From positions 1 through 64,000 of the IMG/VR virus record IMGVR_UViG_3300042393_000573: DNA of 64,000 nt. One strand, 5' to 3'. Made by a program: the position numbers and the translations under genes. This stretch comes from an uncultured virus (IMG/VR IMGVR_UViG_3300042393_000573) (Duplodnaviria; Heunggongvirae; Uroviricota; Caudoviricetes). The notes beneath the pieces are model-generated. The model saw nothing but the letters and a program-made list of their open reading frames with translations. It had not been told where the DNA came from and ran no database searches. Shown one piece after another: positions 40,475 through 49,981 of the stretch; the first letter of the stretch is position 1, and every line of letters starts with the position of its first letter.

Positions 40475-40500
40475 GTGGAGTGAAGTGGAGGATAGTGGAG
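40475..40500 (+). promoter_or_regulatory. MraZ-box-like triple direct repeat
   Basis: GTGGAG-N4-GTGGAG-N4-GTGGAG. Confidence 0.5.
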
Positions 40501-41105
40501 AATGGGGCGCTTTTAACGATGCGTTCGTAATGTCTTGGGGGCCCCAAACCTCAAACCTTCAAACCTCATATACCAAACCTTACAAACTATCTCGCAGCCG
40601 ATGATACCACAGATATAATGGTTTGTCAAACCCTAAAACCATATAAAAAAATCCCCAGAAACCAGGGAGAAATTTGCACATATCGTAATGTTTTTTTAAC
40701 AAACCTTTATGTTATTTAAAGAAACCAGGAGATAATGGTTTGTTATTCTATAGGGGTTTGTTTTGTTCTTCTTGATCCCCGCCGTTGCCGTCAGTGATAG
40801 GATTATCAGTCATCGCTGGGGCGGGGGACTTAGGAAAGAAAGCCTTAAGAGTTACAACACTATACAACATACCACATATAGCACCAAAGTCTTTATTAAA
40901 TATATCACCATCACTTGGGCTATCATGGCGATGGGAGGTTTGCTTATAAAGGTTTGCAAAATGTCTTGGACTCATATATAAAGTATACACCTAGTTTGGG
41001 GAAACAAAGGTTTGGATCGTAATGTTCTGGAGGGGGAAAGATTTGGAGGTTCGTAATGTCTTTTGGCTATAAGGTTTGATGGTTTGTTATTGAATGATAA
41101 TGCAC

Positions 41106-41122
41106 GTGCCCTTTCGGGGCAC
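41106..41122 (-). terminator. hairpin closing the minus-strand gene block
   Basis: GTGCCC-CGAAA-GGGCAC just after the 41125 stop; weak T tract. Confidence 0.5.
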
Positions 41123-41124
41123 AG

Positions 41125-41385
41125 TTACTCTTCTGTGAAGATATCTTCCAGTCGTGCAAAACCTTCATCTTCAATACCCAAACCTTCAATAAACAAATCC
41201 CATGTCTCGTTTATGTATTGTTCAAGTGATGGTGTGTGATTGACAATGCCTTCAGCAAAAGAGAAAGCAAGTGGCAAACCTAAATCGCTATAAGCGAAGA
41301 AGTCTGTCCATTCGTCATCACTTTTATAATTGACCCATAACTGTCCAAGAATTAAAGCCCTGCTATCAAAATCCGTTAATGGCAT
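41125..41385 (-). CDS. hypothetical protein
   Basis: YSDLGLPLAF; overlaps upstream ORF. Confidence 0.65.
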   Translation of the reverse strand: MPLTDFDSRALILGQLWVNYKSDDEWTDFFAYSDLGLPLAFSFAEGIVNHTPSLEQYINETWDLFIEGLGIEDEGFARLEDIFTEE

Positions 41386-41572
41386 AATTTGTACCTTCCT
41401 TAGTTTCTTTGGCTGACTCTGCTATTGTCTGTAATCTATTATACACGACATAGGGCTGAGACTTTGCTAGGTATTCCCCGACTAATTCCAAATCAACTCT
41501 GAGGTCAGATACCATGTTGCCTAACTTCATGGCTACCTTCTCCTCATCTGTGACTCGTCTGCTTATACGCAT
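41366..41572 (-). CDS. hypothetical protein
   Basis: SD GGGAG; ORF track. Confidence 0.6.
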   Translation of the reverse strand: MRISRRVTDEEKVAMKLGNMVSDLRVDLELVGEYLAKSQPYVVYNRLQTIAESAKETKEGTNYAINGF

Positions 41573-41664
41573 AGTTCTCCCTTGTATCTATTGTACCAAA
41601 AAGTGGGGGAAAGAGCAAGCCCCACGCCTGCCCCTTCCACCCTATAATCTAGAGGACCCACTCC

Positions 41665-42030
41665 CTAGATTTGCTCCATTAAAACTGGTCGATATGCTGC
41701 TATGAATAGGTCCCAATTAACATAGGTGTCTGAGCCCAGTTCATTAATAGTCTTAGTATTGAAGTCGATGATTACAGTGGTGTCCCAAAATTCATAGTCA
41801 CCGTTATTAATAGCATAGATACCAAAGCCTGTCTCATCCAAGACTGAGTCTTGCGTAAGATAACTAATCATCATGCGGGTACCATAGGAGGCGTCTATCC
41901 ACCTAGGTTTTGAATGCTGCAGGGCCATTGCTAGGTCCCGTTGCCATTCGGTCTCACCCCAGTGACTATAGAGTACAACTGAAGGCTTAGTTAATGAATC
42001 TTTAAATACATAGTTGATCCGTGCACCCAT
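41665..42030 (-). CDS. hypothetical phage protein
   Basis: MGAR..LYSHWG; TAATG-coupled. Confidence 0.65.
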   Translation of the reverse strand: MGARINYVFKDSLTKPSVVLYSHWGETEWQRDLAMALQHSKPRWIDASYGTRMMISYLTQDSVLDETGFGIYAINNGDYEFWDTTVIIDFNTKTINELGSDTYVNWDLFIAAYRPVLMEQI

Positions 42031-42368
42031 TAGTCTTGCTCCTCATCTAGGTCGCCTTCGAAGTCAATTACTACCTTTACAACTCGTCCGTCTTGATTTG
42101 TCTTTATATAAACAGGATAGTAGCCGTCACCATAGCCTGTGTTAAATACAATTGCGCTACCAATTCCTAACTCCCCTGCGTTAGAGTTAATCGTTGTAGC
42201 ACTAGCACCTTGATAAGAGTATTCTCCTATCTTGCCTTCCATATCCCATGGCTCACCCTCATTTGTTTTCCATTGGTCAAGGTAGCATGGGTCGCCCACC
42301 ATTGCTTGGCCTGAGTCAACAGCAAAACTTCCTACTAAGGTAAGTTCATCTATTACATATTTTGTCAT
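42030..42368 (-). CDS. DUF4241-like protein
   Basis: VDSGQ..GDP...TGYGDG.YPVY. Confidence 0.6.
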   Translation of the reverse strand: MTKYVIDELTLVGSFAVDSGQAMVGDPCYLDQWKTNEGEPWDMEGKIGEYSYQGASATTINSNAGELGIGSAIVFNTGYGDGYYPVYIKTNQDGRVVKVVIDFEGDLDEEQD

Positions 42369-42805
42369 TTGTTATCCAATCCTACTAGGGTCATTTCTTC
42401 AATGGTAGCACAGTTAGGGCATTTTTCCAAATCCTCTTCTTGGAAGGCATCTCTAATAAGATTATCAGGGTCTTCCCATTCTGAGTCACAGGCCTCACAG
42501 TAATACCAAGGTATACCTACTTGGACCTGAATAGTCGTGTCAGGTGGGCAGGGTACCTCAGTGACAAAGTATCCTATTCTATTTACAAATCCCCAGCCGT
42601 TCCAGATGTACATGCCACCGTCGTCACCGTCACCAAGCATCCAGATACGGTCTTCAGGGATAGATTTAACAAACTCTACCTCTGAGCCATATGTCTCAAA
42701 CATGTGTCCGTCAAATGAGGAGGTAGTCTCAAGATGATTCTTAACAGGCTTATAAGTCTCAAACCATTCTTCCTCAGTCATTTCGATAAACCGTTCGTTA
42801 TTCAC
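42365..42805 (-). CDS. hypothetical protein with C-terminal zinc ribbon
   Basis: FETYG..VNRIGY..CEAC..CPNC. Confidence 0.65.
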   Translation of the reverse strand: MNNERFIEMTEEEWFETYKPVKNHLETTSSFDGHMFETYGSEVEFVKSIPEDRIWMLGDGDDGGMYIWNGWGFVNRIGYFVTEVPCPPDTTIQVQVGIPWYYCEACDSEWEDPDNLIRDAFQEEDLEKCPNCATIEEMTLVGLDNK

Positions 42806-43085
42806 CTAGAATCTCCTTGCGGTTCTTTACTTCTTCCTTGGCAAAAGCAATAGCATAAGTTAGGGCATAGACTTCACACAGTGCGTCAAAATAGCCATTG
42901 GCCTCTGTACGAGCCATTGAGTCCATTGCTTCTTCTGAATACTCCTCTGCTTCAATGCACAGGTCTAATTGCTTCTCTGCCTCAACCATTAAAACTTTAA
43001 GGTGACCGTGCAGGATATCTGCTCCGTCCATACCAAGTTCTACTAGTTTCATTAGGTATGGGTCAAGGGTAGTGTTATCGTTCAT
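42798..43085 (-). CDS. acidic hypothetical protein
   Basis: SD GGAGG; coupled to the next ORF. Confidence 0.6.
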   Translation of the reverse strand: MNDNTTLDPYLMKLVELGMDGADILHGHLKVLMVEAEKQLDLCIEAEEYSEEAMDSMARTEANGYFDALCEVYALTYAIAFAKEEVKNRKEILGE

Positions 43086-43233
43086 TGGTTACCTCCAAAT
43101 AGTGGCGGGATACATCAATGGCTCCTTCAAGGTAAGGAACAATGCTATCAGCACCGTCCTCGCTTTCCAAATCCTGTTCAAGGGATATGGCATGCAATCG
43201 GATATATTCTCGGAATGTGTTTAGGTCCATATA

Positions 43234-43536
43234 TTAATTATACGGGTTGGTGTTGATTTTTACAAGTTGTGGGGGTGTGACCTTCATCACATCCAAAGAG
43301 TCTATGGCTATGCCTGCTTGCTTCTTAAAATCATTAAGCATCTCTATAGTATCAATGATGGGGGACCAAACCTCTTCAATGCTAATGTAAGCCATCCAGC
43401 GTCCACATGGGCATTTCATCTCTACAGATCCCAGGGGAAAGCCAAAGCCATCTCTAGCGGTAAACTCAAGAAGAGCGTCACACTCATCAGGGTCACAAAC
43501 AAATGTATACTTACTCCACATAGTCATCATCCTCAT
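43234..43536 (-). CDS. hypothetical zinc-binding protein
   Basis: CDPDEC..CPCG. Confidence 0.55.
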   Translation of the reverse strand: MRMMTMWSKYTFVCDPDECDALLEFTARDGFGFPLGSVEMKCPCGRWMAYISIEEVWSPIIDTIEMLNDFKKQAGIAIDSLDVMKVTPPQLVKINTNPYN

Positions 43537-44110
43537 CTAAGAAATCATTATAGGACCCAAAGGTTGGGGTAGCCCAGTCAGGAGCATCAATGCCCCAATT
43601 ATCAGGGGAGTAAACAACATCTCTTGTGCCATCAGGATTCATTAGTCAAAGTACCCTTCTGCCCATAGGCCTTGAAGAAACTGTTGTGCCATGAGAATAC
43701 CTTCTTTATCATCAGGGTCACTTAAATACTTATATGAGTTATGAACGGCATTGCTCATCTTATCTAAATCATCAATGTCATAGCCTAACATCAGTTCTCC
43801 TCATCCCACCAGTATTTGACTATTGTATTCAAGGTAGTGTGGATGTTACAATCACAATCCCCACCGTTCATATTCTCCATGTATTCGAGATGTGGCTCAT
43901 TGTCCATGTACATCTCATTGACTAATTCGTCAATCGTTCTCATTGTTTGGGTCATGTATTAATTATCGCAGAGATTGGGGGAAATGTCAAGTCGTTCGTA
44001 AAGATTTTTAGGTTTGACATTTTTGGGGAAAAGGTTTGACTATCGTAAAGTTTATTTTATTTGACATTTTTATGTCCGATTTGTACTAATTTCCACACGT
44101 GGCGATTTTG

Positions 44111-44184
44111 CGAAGTGTACGGGACTTGAACCCGTGATCTCTACCGTGACAGGGTAGCGCATTAACCAACTATGCTAACACTCC
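44111..44184 (-). tRNA. tRNA-Asp(GTC)
   Basis: GGAGTGT...CTACC-CTGTCAC-GGTAG...GTTCAAGTC...ACACTTC-G. Confidence 0.92.
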
Positions 44185-44226
44185 AATTAAGGAAAGCAGT
44201 TTTAAATCATGCTTAGGATTTTTTTG

Positions 44227-45243
44227 TTATGCGAGTTGCATTACATTCTGTACAACTTTTAGCAAACGATTCTTTTCTGCATTGATAGCAGGGTCAAATC
44301 CTGATGCTGATGCAAGGATTGATTCGTTAGAACCACCACGAGCAGAACGATACCAGTCAAGGCGCTCAGTTAGTGCATTGAAAGCACCCCATGCACTACC
44401 AGCAATCATACCATTGAACTCGCCTGTGTAAATATCATTGATTGAATCAATTTTATTCTCCCACTTTTTTAGCGAACCCTTAGCATCTGTTTCTGGTTTT
44501 GCATATGCAGCCAATACAATATCATTGAATTGCTTAGCATTGACTTCTTTTTCAATCATAGCCTTAGCCATAATATCAAATGCGTCCATGTACTTGTTAG
44601 CCATTCCAAGAGTCTCACGAGCAACTGCAACCTTACCGCTTGCAGTCTGTGTATGACGAATCTTGAATGATTGCTTAACGCCATTCTTTTTCTTGATTGA
44701 GCCAAGAGCAAGATTGAGAGTGTTAGCGCACACAACACGAACAGGTGTGATGCTTGCTTGAATAGCGATTGAGCCATCATGTGATGTGTTGATAAGTAAA
44801 TAAGTCTTTACCTTATCGGCAACACCGCTAGGGTCTAGGACAGTCTCACGCTCTAGTGCCAACGCACCGAACACAACACGGCCACCCTTAATTGAGCCAG
44901 CAGTCTCCCAACGGCCTCCGCCGTCTAGAATGTTGTCACCGAATGAGAATAAATCTTCATTCTGCATTACATGGTAACGCTCACCAACGACACCAAGAAT
45001 GTCGGTCTGTGTTGTATCTGTAGGGTTAGTACGCAATACATATTGATAATTCTTATCTGATGATAAGTGGGTCGGTACTGTTAAATCTTCAAGACGAACA
45101 TTCCAATTAGAAAGATTAGCAAGCGCCAACATTTCTGATGTAGTTTTTTCTTCTGTGAATACAGTACCCAATCCATGCCAAGCAGGTTCACGGAATGATG
45201 CAAATGATGCAACGCCGTTTTGTGTTTCTAGGTCATGTGCCAT
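44227..45243 (-). CDS. DUF932-family phage/plasmid protein
   Basis: MAH..PAWHGLG, ETAGS..GGR, SHDGS, TPVRVVCANTL. Confidence 0.88.
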   Translation of the reverse strand: MAHDLETQNGVASFASFREPAWHGLGTVFTEEKTTSEMLALANLSNWNVRLEDLTVPTHLSSDKNYQYVLRTNPTDTTQTDILGVVGERYHVMQNEDLFSFGDNILDGGGRWETAGSIKGGRVVFGALALERETVLDPSGVADKVKTYLLINTSHDGSIAIQASITPVRVVCANTLNLALGSIKKKNGVKQSFKIRHTQTASGKVAVARETLGMANKYMDAFDIMAKAMIEKEVNAKQFNDIVLAAYAKPETDAKGSLKKWENKIDSINDIYTGEFNGMIAGSAWGAFNALTERLDWYRSARGGSNESILASASGFDPAINAEKNRLLKVVQNVMQLA

Positions 45244-45273
45244 GAGTTTCTCTTTTCTGTTGTTGTTAATCTA

Positions 45274-45295
45274 AGTATACATGGGTGGACTGACA
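45274..45295 (-). promoter_or_regulatory. RecA-NDp/PafBC-type promoter (also has TTGACT -35)
   Basis: TGTCAG-N10-TATACT. Confidence 0.65.
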
Positions 45296-45494
45296 AAGTC
45301 AAATCGTATAAGTATACATGGGGCAATTCGGACATTTCTTAAAGGTGATCTTAATCACAGCCTGTGGATAAACCTGTGGATAACCCCCACGTGCAAATTA
45401 AAATAAAAAGTGAACAGTTTTACATCGTGTTCAGGATGTTTCGCCACTTATTTATACTGGCTGTACGGTGGCCAGTTGTATTAGTAGCCCCCTA

Positions 45495-45923
45495 CTAAAT
45501 ATCTATTCTATCAACACTCGATGATAACCAAGAAATATTATCTGAGTCATATTGCACGGTATCAAAATCAATATCGTGAATTACATTCTGTGCAGACTCT
45601 TCATCACGAGCATTAACAGTAACTGAATAAAGAACTGTAACTTCCAATTCAAACTCTGTTGTTAATTCAAAGCCCATGATTTCAGCAATTTGTTCTGCTT
45701 GAGATTCAGTGATGTCTTCATTACTTAATTCACTAAGGGTCCAGTCCTTCATTCCCTCAACCATACGGTTACGGTCTGCTGAATCGGAATAAGAGCGCTG
45801 GGTTACTTTTTGAGTGTGCTCTTCAAGTTGAGCAATACGCTCATCTTTTATTTTAATCTGAGATAAAAGGAATTCTTGCGTTGTGTTTGGTATTACTGTT
45901 ACTGATTCTTCTGTTTGGTCCAT
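45495..45923 (-). CDS. acidic hypothetical protein
   Basis: start moved to the ATG after purine-rich SD AGAAAGAGG. Confidence 0.65.
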   Translation of the reverse strand: MDQTEESVTVIPNTTQEFLLSQIKIKDERIAQLEEHTQKVTQRSYSDSADRNRMVEGMKDWTLSELSNEDITESQAEQIAEIMGFELTTEFELEVTVLYSVTVNARDEESAQNVIHDIDFDTVQYDSDNISWLSSSVDRIDI

Positions 45924-45954
45924 GGGGGCCTCTTTCTGTAGTTGGTTTAATTTA

Positions 45955-45976
45955 ATTGTACAGGGCACCACTGACA
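45955..45976 (-). promoter_or_regulatory. RecA-NDp/PafBC-type promoter (also has TTGACA -35)
   Basis: TGTCAG-N10-TACAAT. Confidence 0.65.
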
Positions 45977-46131
45977 TTTGTCAAGTCCCCTTAAGGGTGA
46001 GCCTTTTTGGATCGTGCTCAGGATGTCTGCTTCTTTAGGCCTGCAGGAGCCTTGCTCTATAGTATTTCTATTATCGCCCTAATCAGCCTGGCGAAAGTTG
46101 AGGGAGGTTTTTACGCCTCCCCCAATTTCAT

Positions 46132-46554
46132 TTATAGGTACTGTGCGATTGCGTTGTAGGTTGAGGTATTAACTGTTTCCTCATCTGTCATCTTTAACAG
46201 ACGAATTGCGTTTGTTATTTCTTTCTTTGACTCACGATAAGTGCTAATGTGAATTGTCTCAAAGTCCTTCTCAGGCTCTGTTGGCATTTCTTTTTCTGTA
46301 ACTGTTAAGTCAAAGTCAATGTTAAGATTGTTTGACCAATGACGATAGTTAGTACGGAAGTTTTCTGCCTTTGAGATGTTTGCTACGGCATAGGCACAAA
46401 GTGCTTCCTGCCATGCCTTGCGAGCAATTTCATACTTTGCTTCTTTTGCTTCTTGTGTTGCGTAGTCTGTTTCTAGTGTAGCAAGTGCTTGCTCTAGTCC
46501 TGCGATTACTCGAACTGTTGGGATTTTTACATTTATTGCTTTTGCTCTAGCCAT
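46132..46554 (-). CDS. hypothetical protein
   Basis: ORF track; AGAAAAGAG leader. Confidence 0.7.
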   Translation of the reverse strand: MARAKAINVKIPTVRVIAGLEQALATLETDYATQEAKEAKYEIARKAWQEALCAYAVANISKAENFRTNYRHWSNNLNIDFDLTVTEKEMPTEPEKDFETIHISTYRESKKEITNAIRLLKMTDEETVNTSTYNAIAQYL

Positions 46555-46636
46555 CTGTTTATCTCTTTTCTTTTATGGGGTATTAGTTGGGGGAGGTTGA
46601 GCAGTTTGTATTCCTACTCAGGAATTAGTAATTAGA

Positions 46637-46801
46637 TTACTTAGCCGTCCAAGTTGTGTAACGGGCTGAACCATTTACATCTAACTTAACTCGCACATTA
46701 CCATTTGGTAGTGGGTTAATTTCTTGGATAACTCCTGTTACCTTTGACTTCTGTGTCGTGAAAGTATCGCCGACCTTGTATGTTGCTGTTGCTACTGACA
46801 T
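46637..46801 (-). CDS. small beta-rich protein (not in ORF track)
   Basis: MSVATATYKVGDTFTTQKSKVTG...; own promoter. Confidence 0.65.
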   Translation of the reverse strand: MSVATATYKVGDTFTTQKSKVTGVIQEINPLPNGNVRVKLDVNGSARYTTWTAK

Positions 46802-46907
46802 TGTTTTTCTCTTTTCTGTTTAGGGGTTGTTATTTAGTTATACCTAAGTATAACATTTTGGTTGTAGAAATGTCAAATCGAAACTTAACATTTCTCACAT
46901 TGTGAGA

Positions 46908-47078
46908 TTACTTAGAGGTCTTAACCATAGCAAGGCGTTGTGCGCCATTTGCCAAGATGAGGCTAACTCTAGTAACCTTATTAGACATTGGTGTAAATCC
47001 TGCGATACGACCTGTAACGCCTGTCTTGCTTGTTGTGAATAAATCACCAATTTGGTAAGTGTATCCGTGTAGTGTCAT
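46908..47078 (-). CDS. small beta-rich protein, paralog of 46637 (not in ORF track)
   Basis: MTLHGYTYQIGDLFTTSKTGVTG... Confidence 0.65.
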   Translation of the reverse strand: MTLHGYTYQIGDLFTTSKTGVTGRIAGFTPMSNKVTRVSLILANGAQRLAMVKTSK

Positions 47079-47317
47079 TTGGGTCTTGCCTTTCTGTTGT
47101 GGGGGTTAATTGCTTATAGTATAATTTTAGCATAAAAATGTCATAAATACCAATCCAGCGGGGGATTTGCGGTGTGTCCTTAATCACATCTTAAAAGCCT
47201 ATCATAAACTTGACAAACCTGGATCTTTGCGACGTGCACCCTTTTATTTTATTGATGGAAAAATAAAAGAAGCAACAACCAAAATAAAAGTATAACTTGA
47301 GTACTACGCATGTTATC

Positions 47318-48058
47318 TCATTTCTTACTCGATGAAAAAATTATGTCACTCTTAGAGTATACACAAAGTGAGCAAGAAACGCAAGCGCTTCCATTTGTTG
47401 AGATAAGTGGAATCTGTTTATTATTCTCAGGACACTTAGCAGCAGGCTTACCAATCATTTCTTTTATGTCTGCCTTACCAATTGCAAAATTCTTAGCAAG
47501 GTATGCCATGCGTACACCACTGTTAATTTTTAAATCAACGGCAGTTTTTACATTCTCACTATCAGCAGAAAAATAAAGACTAAGATTATCAATGTCCTTA
47601 AGTAGGAGGGCTGCAGATTTTACACGAGTGTATACCCAAAATTGAATATCAGGATTAAGTTTGATTACATCGGACCATGCAGTGGTATAAGTATCATTAA
47701 AGAAGTCACCGTCCCAGTGAATGCGGAATAGCATGGGGGCGTCTTTCTTTATACAATCAGCCTTGAAGTCTGCAATCATCTCAGCAATGAGATTAAGCAT
47801 AGTTAAATAGTCTGCGTCTTTTAGCAGGGCCCAATTGTGTAGCAGGTTAACTTTTACGGTTGGGAAGATCTTTTCGAGTTTTCCTGCATAGCATACGGAT
47901 TCACATACACTCGTGGCACCAGGACACGAGAAAGCCTTTCCAGCAGGGAGGCCAAAGGTATTTGCGATACTTGCTTGTTTTCCATTAGGTGTGACGGCAT
48001 TAGCAACCTTTCTATCTTTAGAGCGTTTTAGTTTAAGTGTATTAGTAGTCAAGGCCAA
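47318..48058 (-). CDS. GP88-family protein
   Basis: FGLPAG..SCPGAT..C...CYA, FRIHWDGDF, FWVYTR. Confidence 0.75.
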   Translation of the reverse strand: MALTTNTLKLKRSKDRKVANAVTPNGKQASIANTFGLPAGKAFSCPGATSVCESVCYAGKLEKIFPTVKVNLLHNWALLKDADYLTMLNLIAEMIADFKADCIKKDAPMLFRIHWDGDFFNDTYTTAWSDVIKLNPDIQFWVYTRVKSAALLLKDIDNLSLYFSADSENVKTAVDLKINSGVRMAYLAKNFAIGKADIKEMIGKPAAKCPENNKQIPLISTNGSACVSCSLCVYSKSDIIFSSSKK

Positions 48059-48245
48059 GACTCATTTCTAGAGCAATGTCTTCGTTATAGGTTGCGGACA
48101 TTTCTTCTAGTAAACAATGAGTGCATTTTTCTTCATATGCGTCTACCGCATTTTCTTTACATTCAGGGCAGGTTGTTGCATAGTATTCATCATAGAATTC
48201 ATCTGCGATATTTCCCATGGGGCTATTCTCCTTCTTGTTGTTTTA

Positions 48246-48267
48246 ATTGTAGCATTTCGGACTGACA
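48246..48267 (-). promoter_or_regulatory. RecA-NDp/PafBC-type promoter
   Basis: TGTCAG-N10-TACAAT. Confidence 0.65.
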
Positions 48268-48410
48268 TTTCCTACGGTTATAGGATTTCTTAGAGGGCAC
48301 GGCAGAGGCCGCATTGCTACGGCGTAATTCCATAAGCCTGCGTAATTCCTCTGGTGTTTTCTTCATAAATTAATCTTAGCATACATGGGAAAAAATGTCA
48401 ATATCTTAAA

Positions 48411-48426
48411 TGTGATAAATCTCACA
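48411..48426. promoter_or_regulatory. CRP-family box
   Basis: TGTGA-N6-TCACA. Confidence 0.6.
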
Positions 48427-48478
48427 CAGGCGCCACGTGCATTTTTATGCGGGGAAGCACATAAAAATACTTTAGTGA

Positions 48479-49409
48479 TTAGTCTTCTTCAAAGAATACA
48501 TACCACTCAATAGTTTCATCATCAAATAAATAAATGTGACCCTCTTCGTTAAAATCATTTCTAGTATAAATATTAAATCCATCTTCATTTTCTGTAATGG
48601 TTTCAATAGTTACATATTCATCATCAACCTTAATTAGATCGCCTTCTATAAGTTGAGATGGTTTTAAGTTATCAGCAAATCTAAGTTCCATATTGTTTAT
48701 TGTATCAGACATTTAGTCCTCCTCTGGTAGCCAAAAAGATAAATGGTGTTGCTCAATTATTGCATCTGCTGGTGCAGTAACCTGCCCACGCCACAACACT
48801 CCTTGAGGCAAATCTATCTCTCTGCGGTAGTCCTCATCATAGTATGCGTCAATAGCATCTATGCAAGGTTGCACCATAGATAGCGGTACTGGAGGATAGT
48901 GATTACCCTGCAAGTGATATGCTAATTGTGTTTCTAAATCAAGTACGGTATCTTGAATACCGAGTGCAGTTACGCTTCCCATTATTTTGTTACGACCTTT
49001 CGTCCTTCACGATAGAAAGTGCGGGTGTGCATCTTTCCACTTGGTTCAGATAAATTAACTGTTGAATATTCATCAGCAAATCCCCAATCAACAATTTCGT
49101 TGAAAGCATTAACTGCACTTAGTGCATCAGAGTAACGACCCGTCCAATGAACGGGGTTACTATCATACGATACTGTTACTGCGTATAGGTATTCGTTATT
49201 CATTACTCACCAACCTTTACTGCTACTGTTGCAAACTTACTTCGCAAAGTGCGGTCATAGACTTCAACGACATACGCCTCAGTATTTTCTCCATACCAAA
49301 TTGCAGGGCGTGGAGAGGCAGAAATAATTTCTCCCTCAAAGTGACGATTACGGGAACGATAGTTTTTACCAATTAGTAAATCCTGTATTGTGTATAGTTT
49401 AGTAGCCAT
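48479..49409 (-). CDS. operon of four small hypothetical ORFs (48479-48712, 48713-48982, 48982-49203, 49203-49409)
   Basis: abutting or TAATG-coupled ORFs. Confidence 0.65.
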
Positions 49410-49443
49410 TGGGCAACCTCTTTCTTTTTTTGTTATTAACTTT

Positions 49444-49465
49444 ATCCTACCATAGGGGTCTGACA
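49444..49465 (-). promoter_or_regulatory. RecA-NDp/PafBC-type promoter
   Basis: TGTCAG-N10-TAGGAT. Confidence 0.65.
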
Positions 49466-49567
49466 AATCTTGCTTATTTATTTTTTCTTACTATGTAAGT
49501 CTAGCCTATTAGTCATAAATTATCAACCTACTAGCGAGTAGTCTTAAATAATGAGACGCTCAGAGAG

Positions 49568-49616
49568 TGTGAGAAAAATCACATGCTACTTAAAGTTATA
49601 CACAGCCTGTGGATAA
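49568..49616. promoter_or_regulatory. CRP box plus two DnaA boxes
   Basis: TGTGA-N6-TCACA at 49568; TTATACACA at 49596; TGTGGATAA at 49608. Confidence 0.65.
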
Positions 49617-49687
49617 GTCACACGTGCATTTTTTTTGTTAAAAGATCGAGCAGTTTTAAATCATGCTCAGGATAATTTATTATAGGA

Positions 49688-49981
49688 TTAGTATTCCATA
49701 TCGCTAAGAAGATAATCCCAAAACAAAACAGTAAAAACTGCTTGCACTATTGCAATAATTAAACCTGCAGTTGCAAGACCTTTACCTCTGTTCCAGTTTT
49801 CACCATTTCTTTTAAATTGGCTAAGTGCTATTGGACTAAAGATAAAAGCCATTGGCCAAATAGTAAGTGAAAGAACAAAGCCCGAAATTGCAAATCCATT
49901 CCATGGCAAGAGAGTTGCAGTTGCAGTAGTTGTAACTGTTGCTGGGTTTGTTGATGTAGTTGTCGTTGTTGTTGTTGTCAT
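49688..49981 (-). CDS. DUF4190-like membrane protein with Thr-rich N-terminus
   Basis: NGFAISGFVLS..IALSQ..GKGLATAGLII. Confidence 0.7.
   Translation of the reverse strand: MTTTTTTTTSTNPATVTTTATATLLPWNGFAISGFVLSLTIWPMAFIFSPIALSQFKRNGENWNRGKGLATAGLIIAIVQAVFTVLFWDYLLSDMEY

Noticed and set aside
25401..49673. The repeated RNA motif as a hammerhead ribozyme or CRISPR repeat
   Set aside because: No CUGAnGA/GAAA core with three stems; copies are dispersed and differ in sequence
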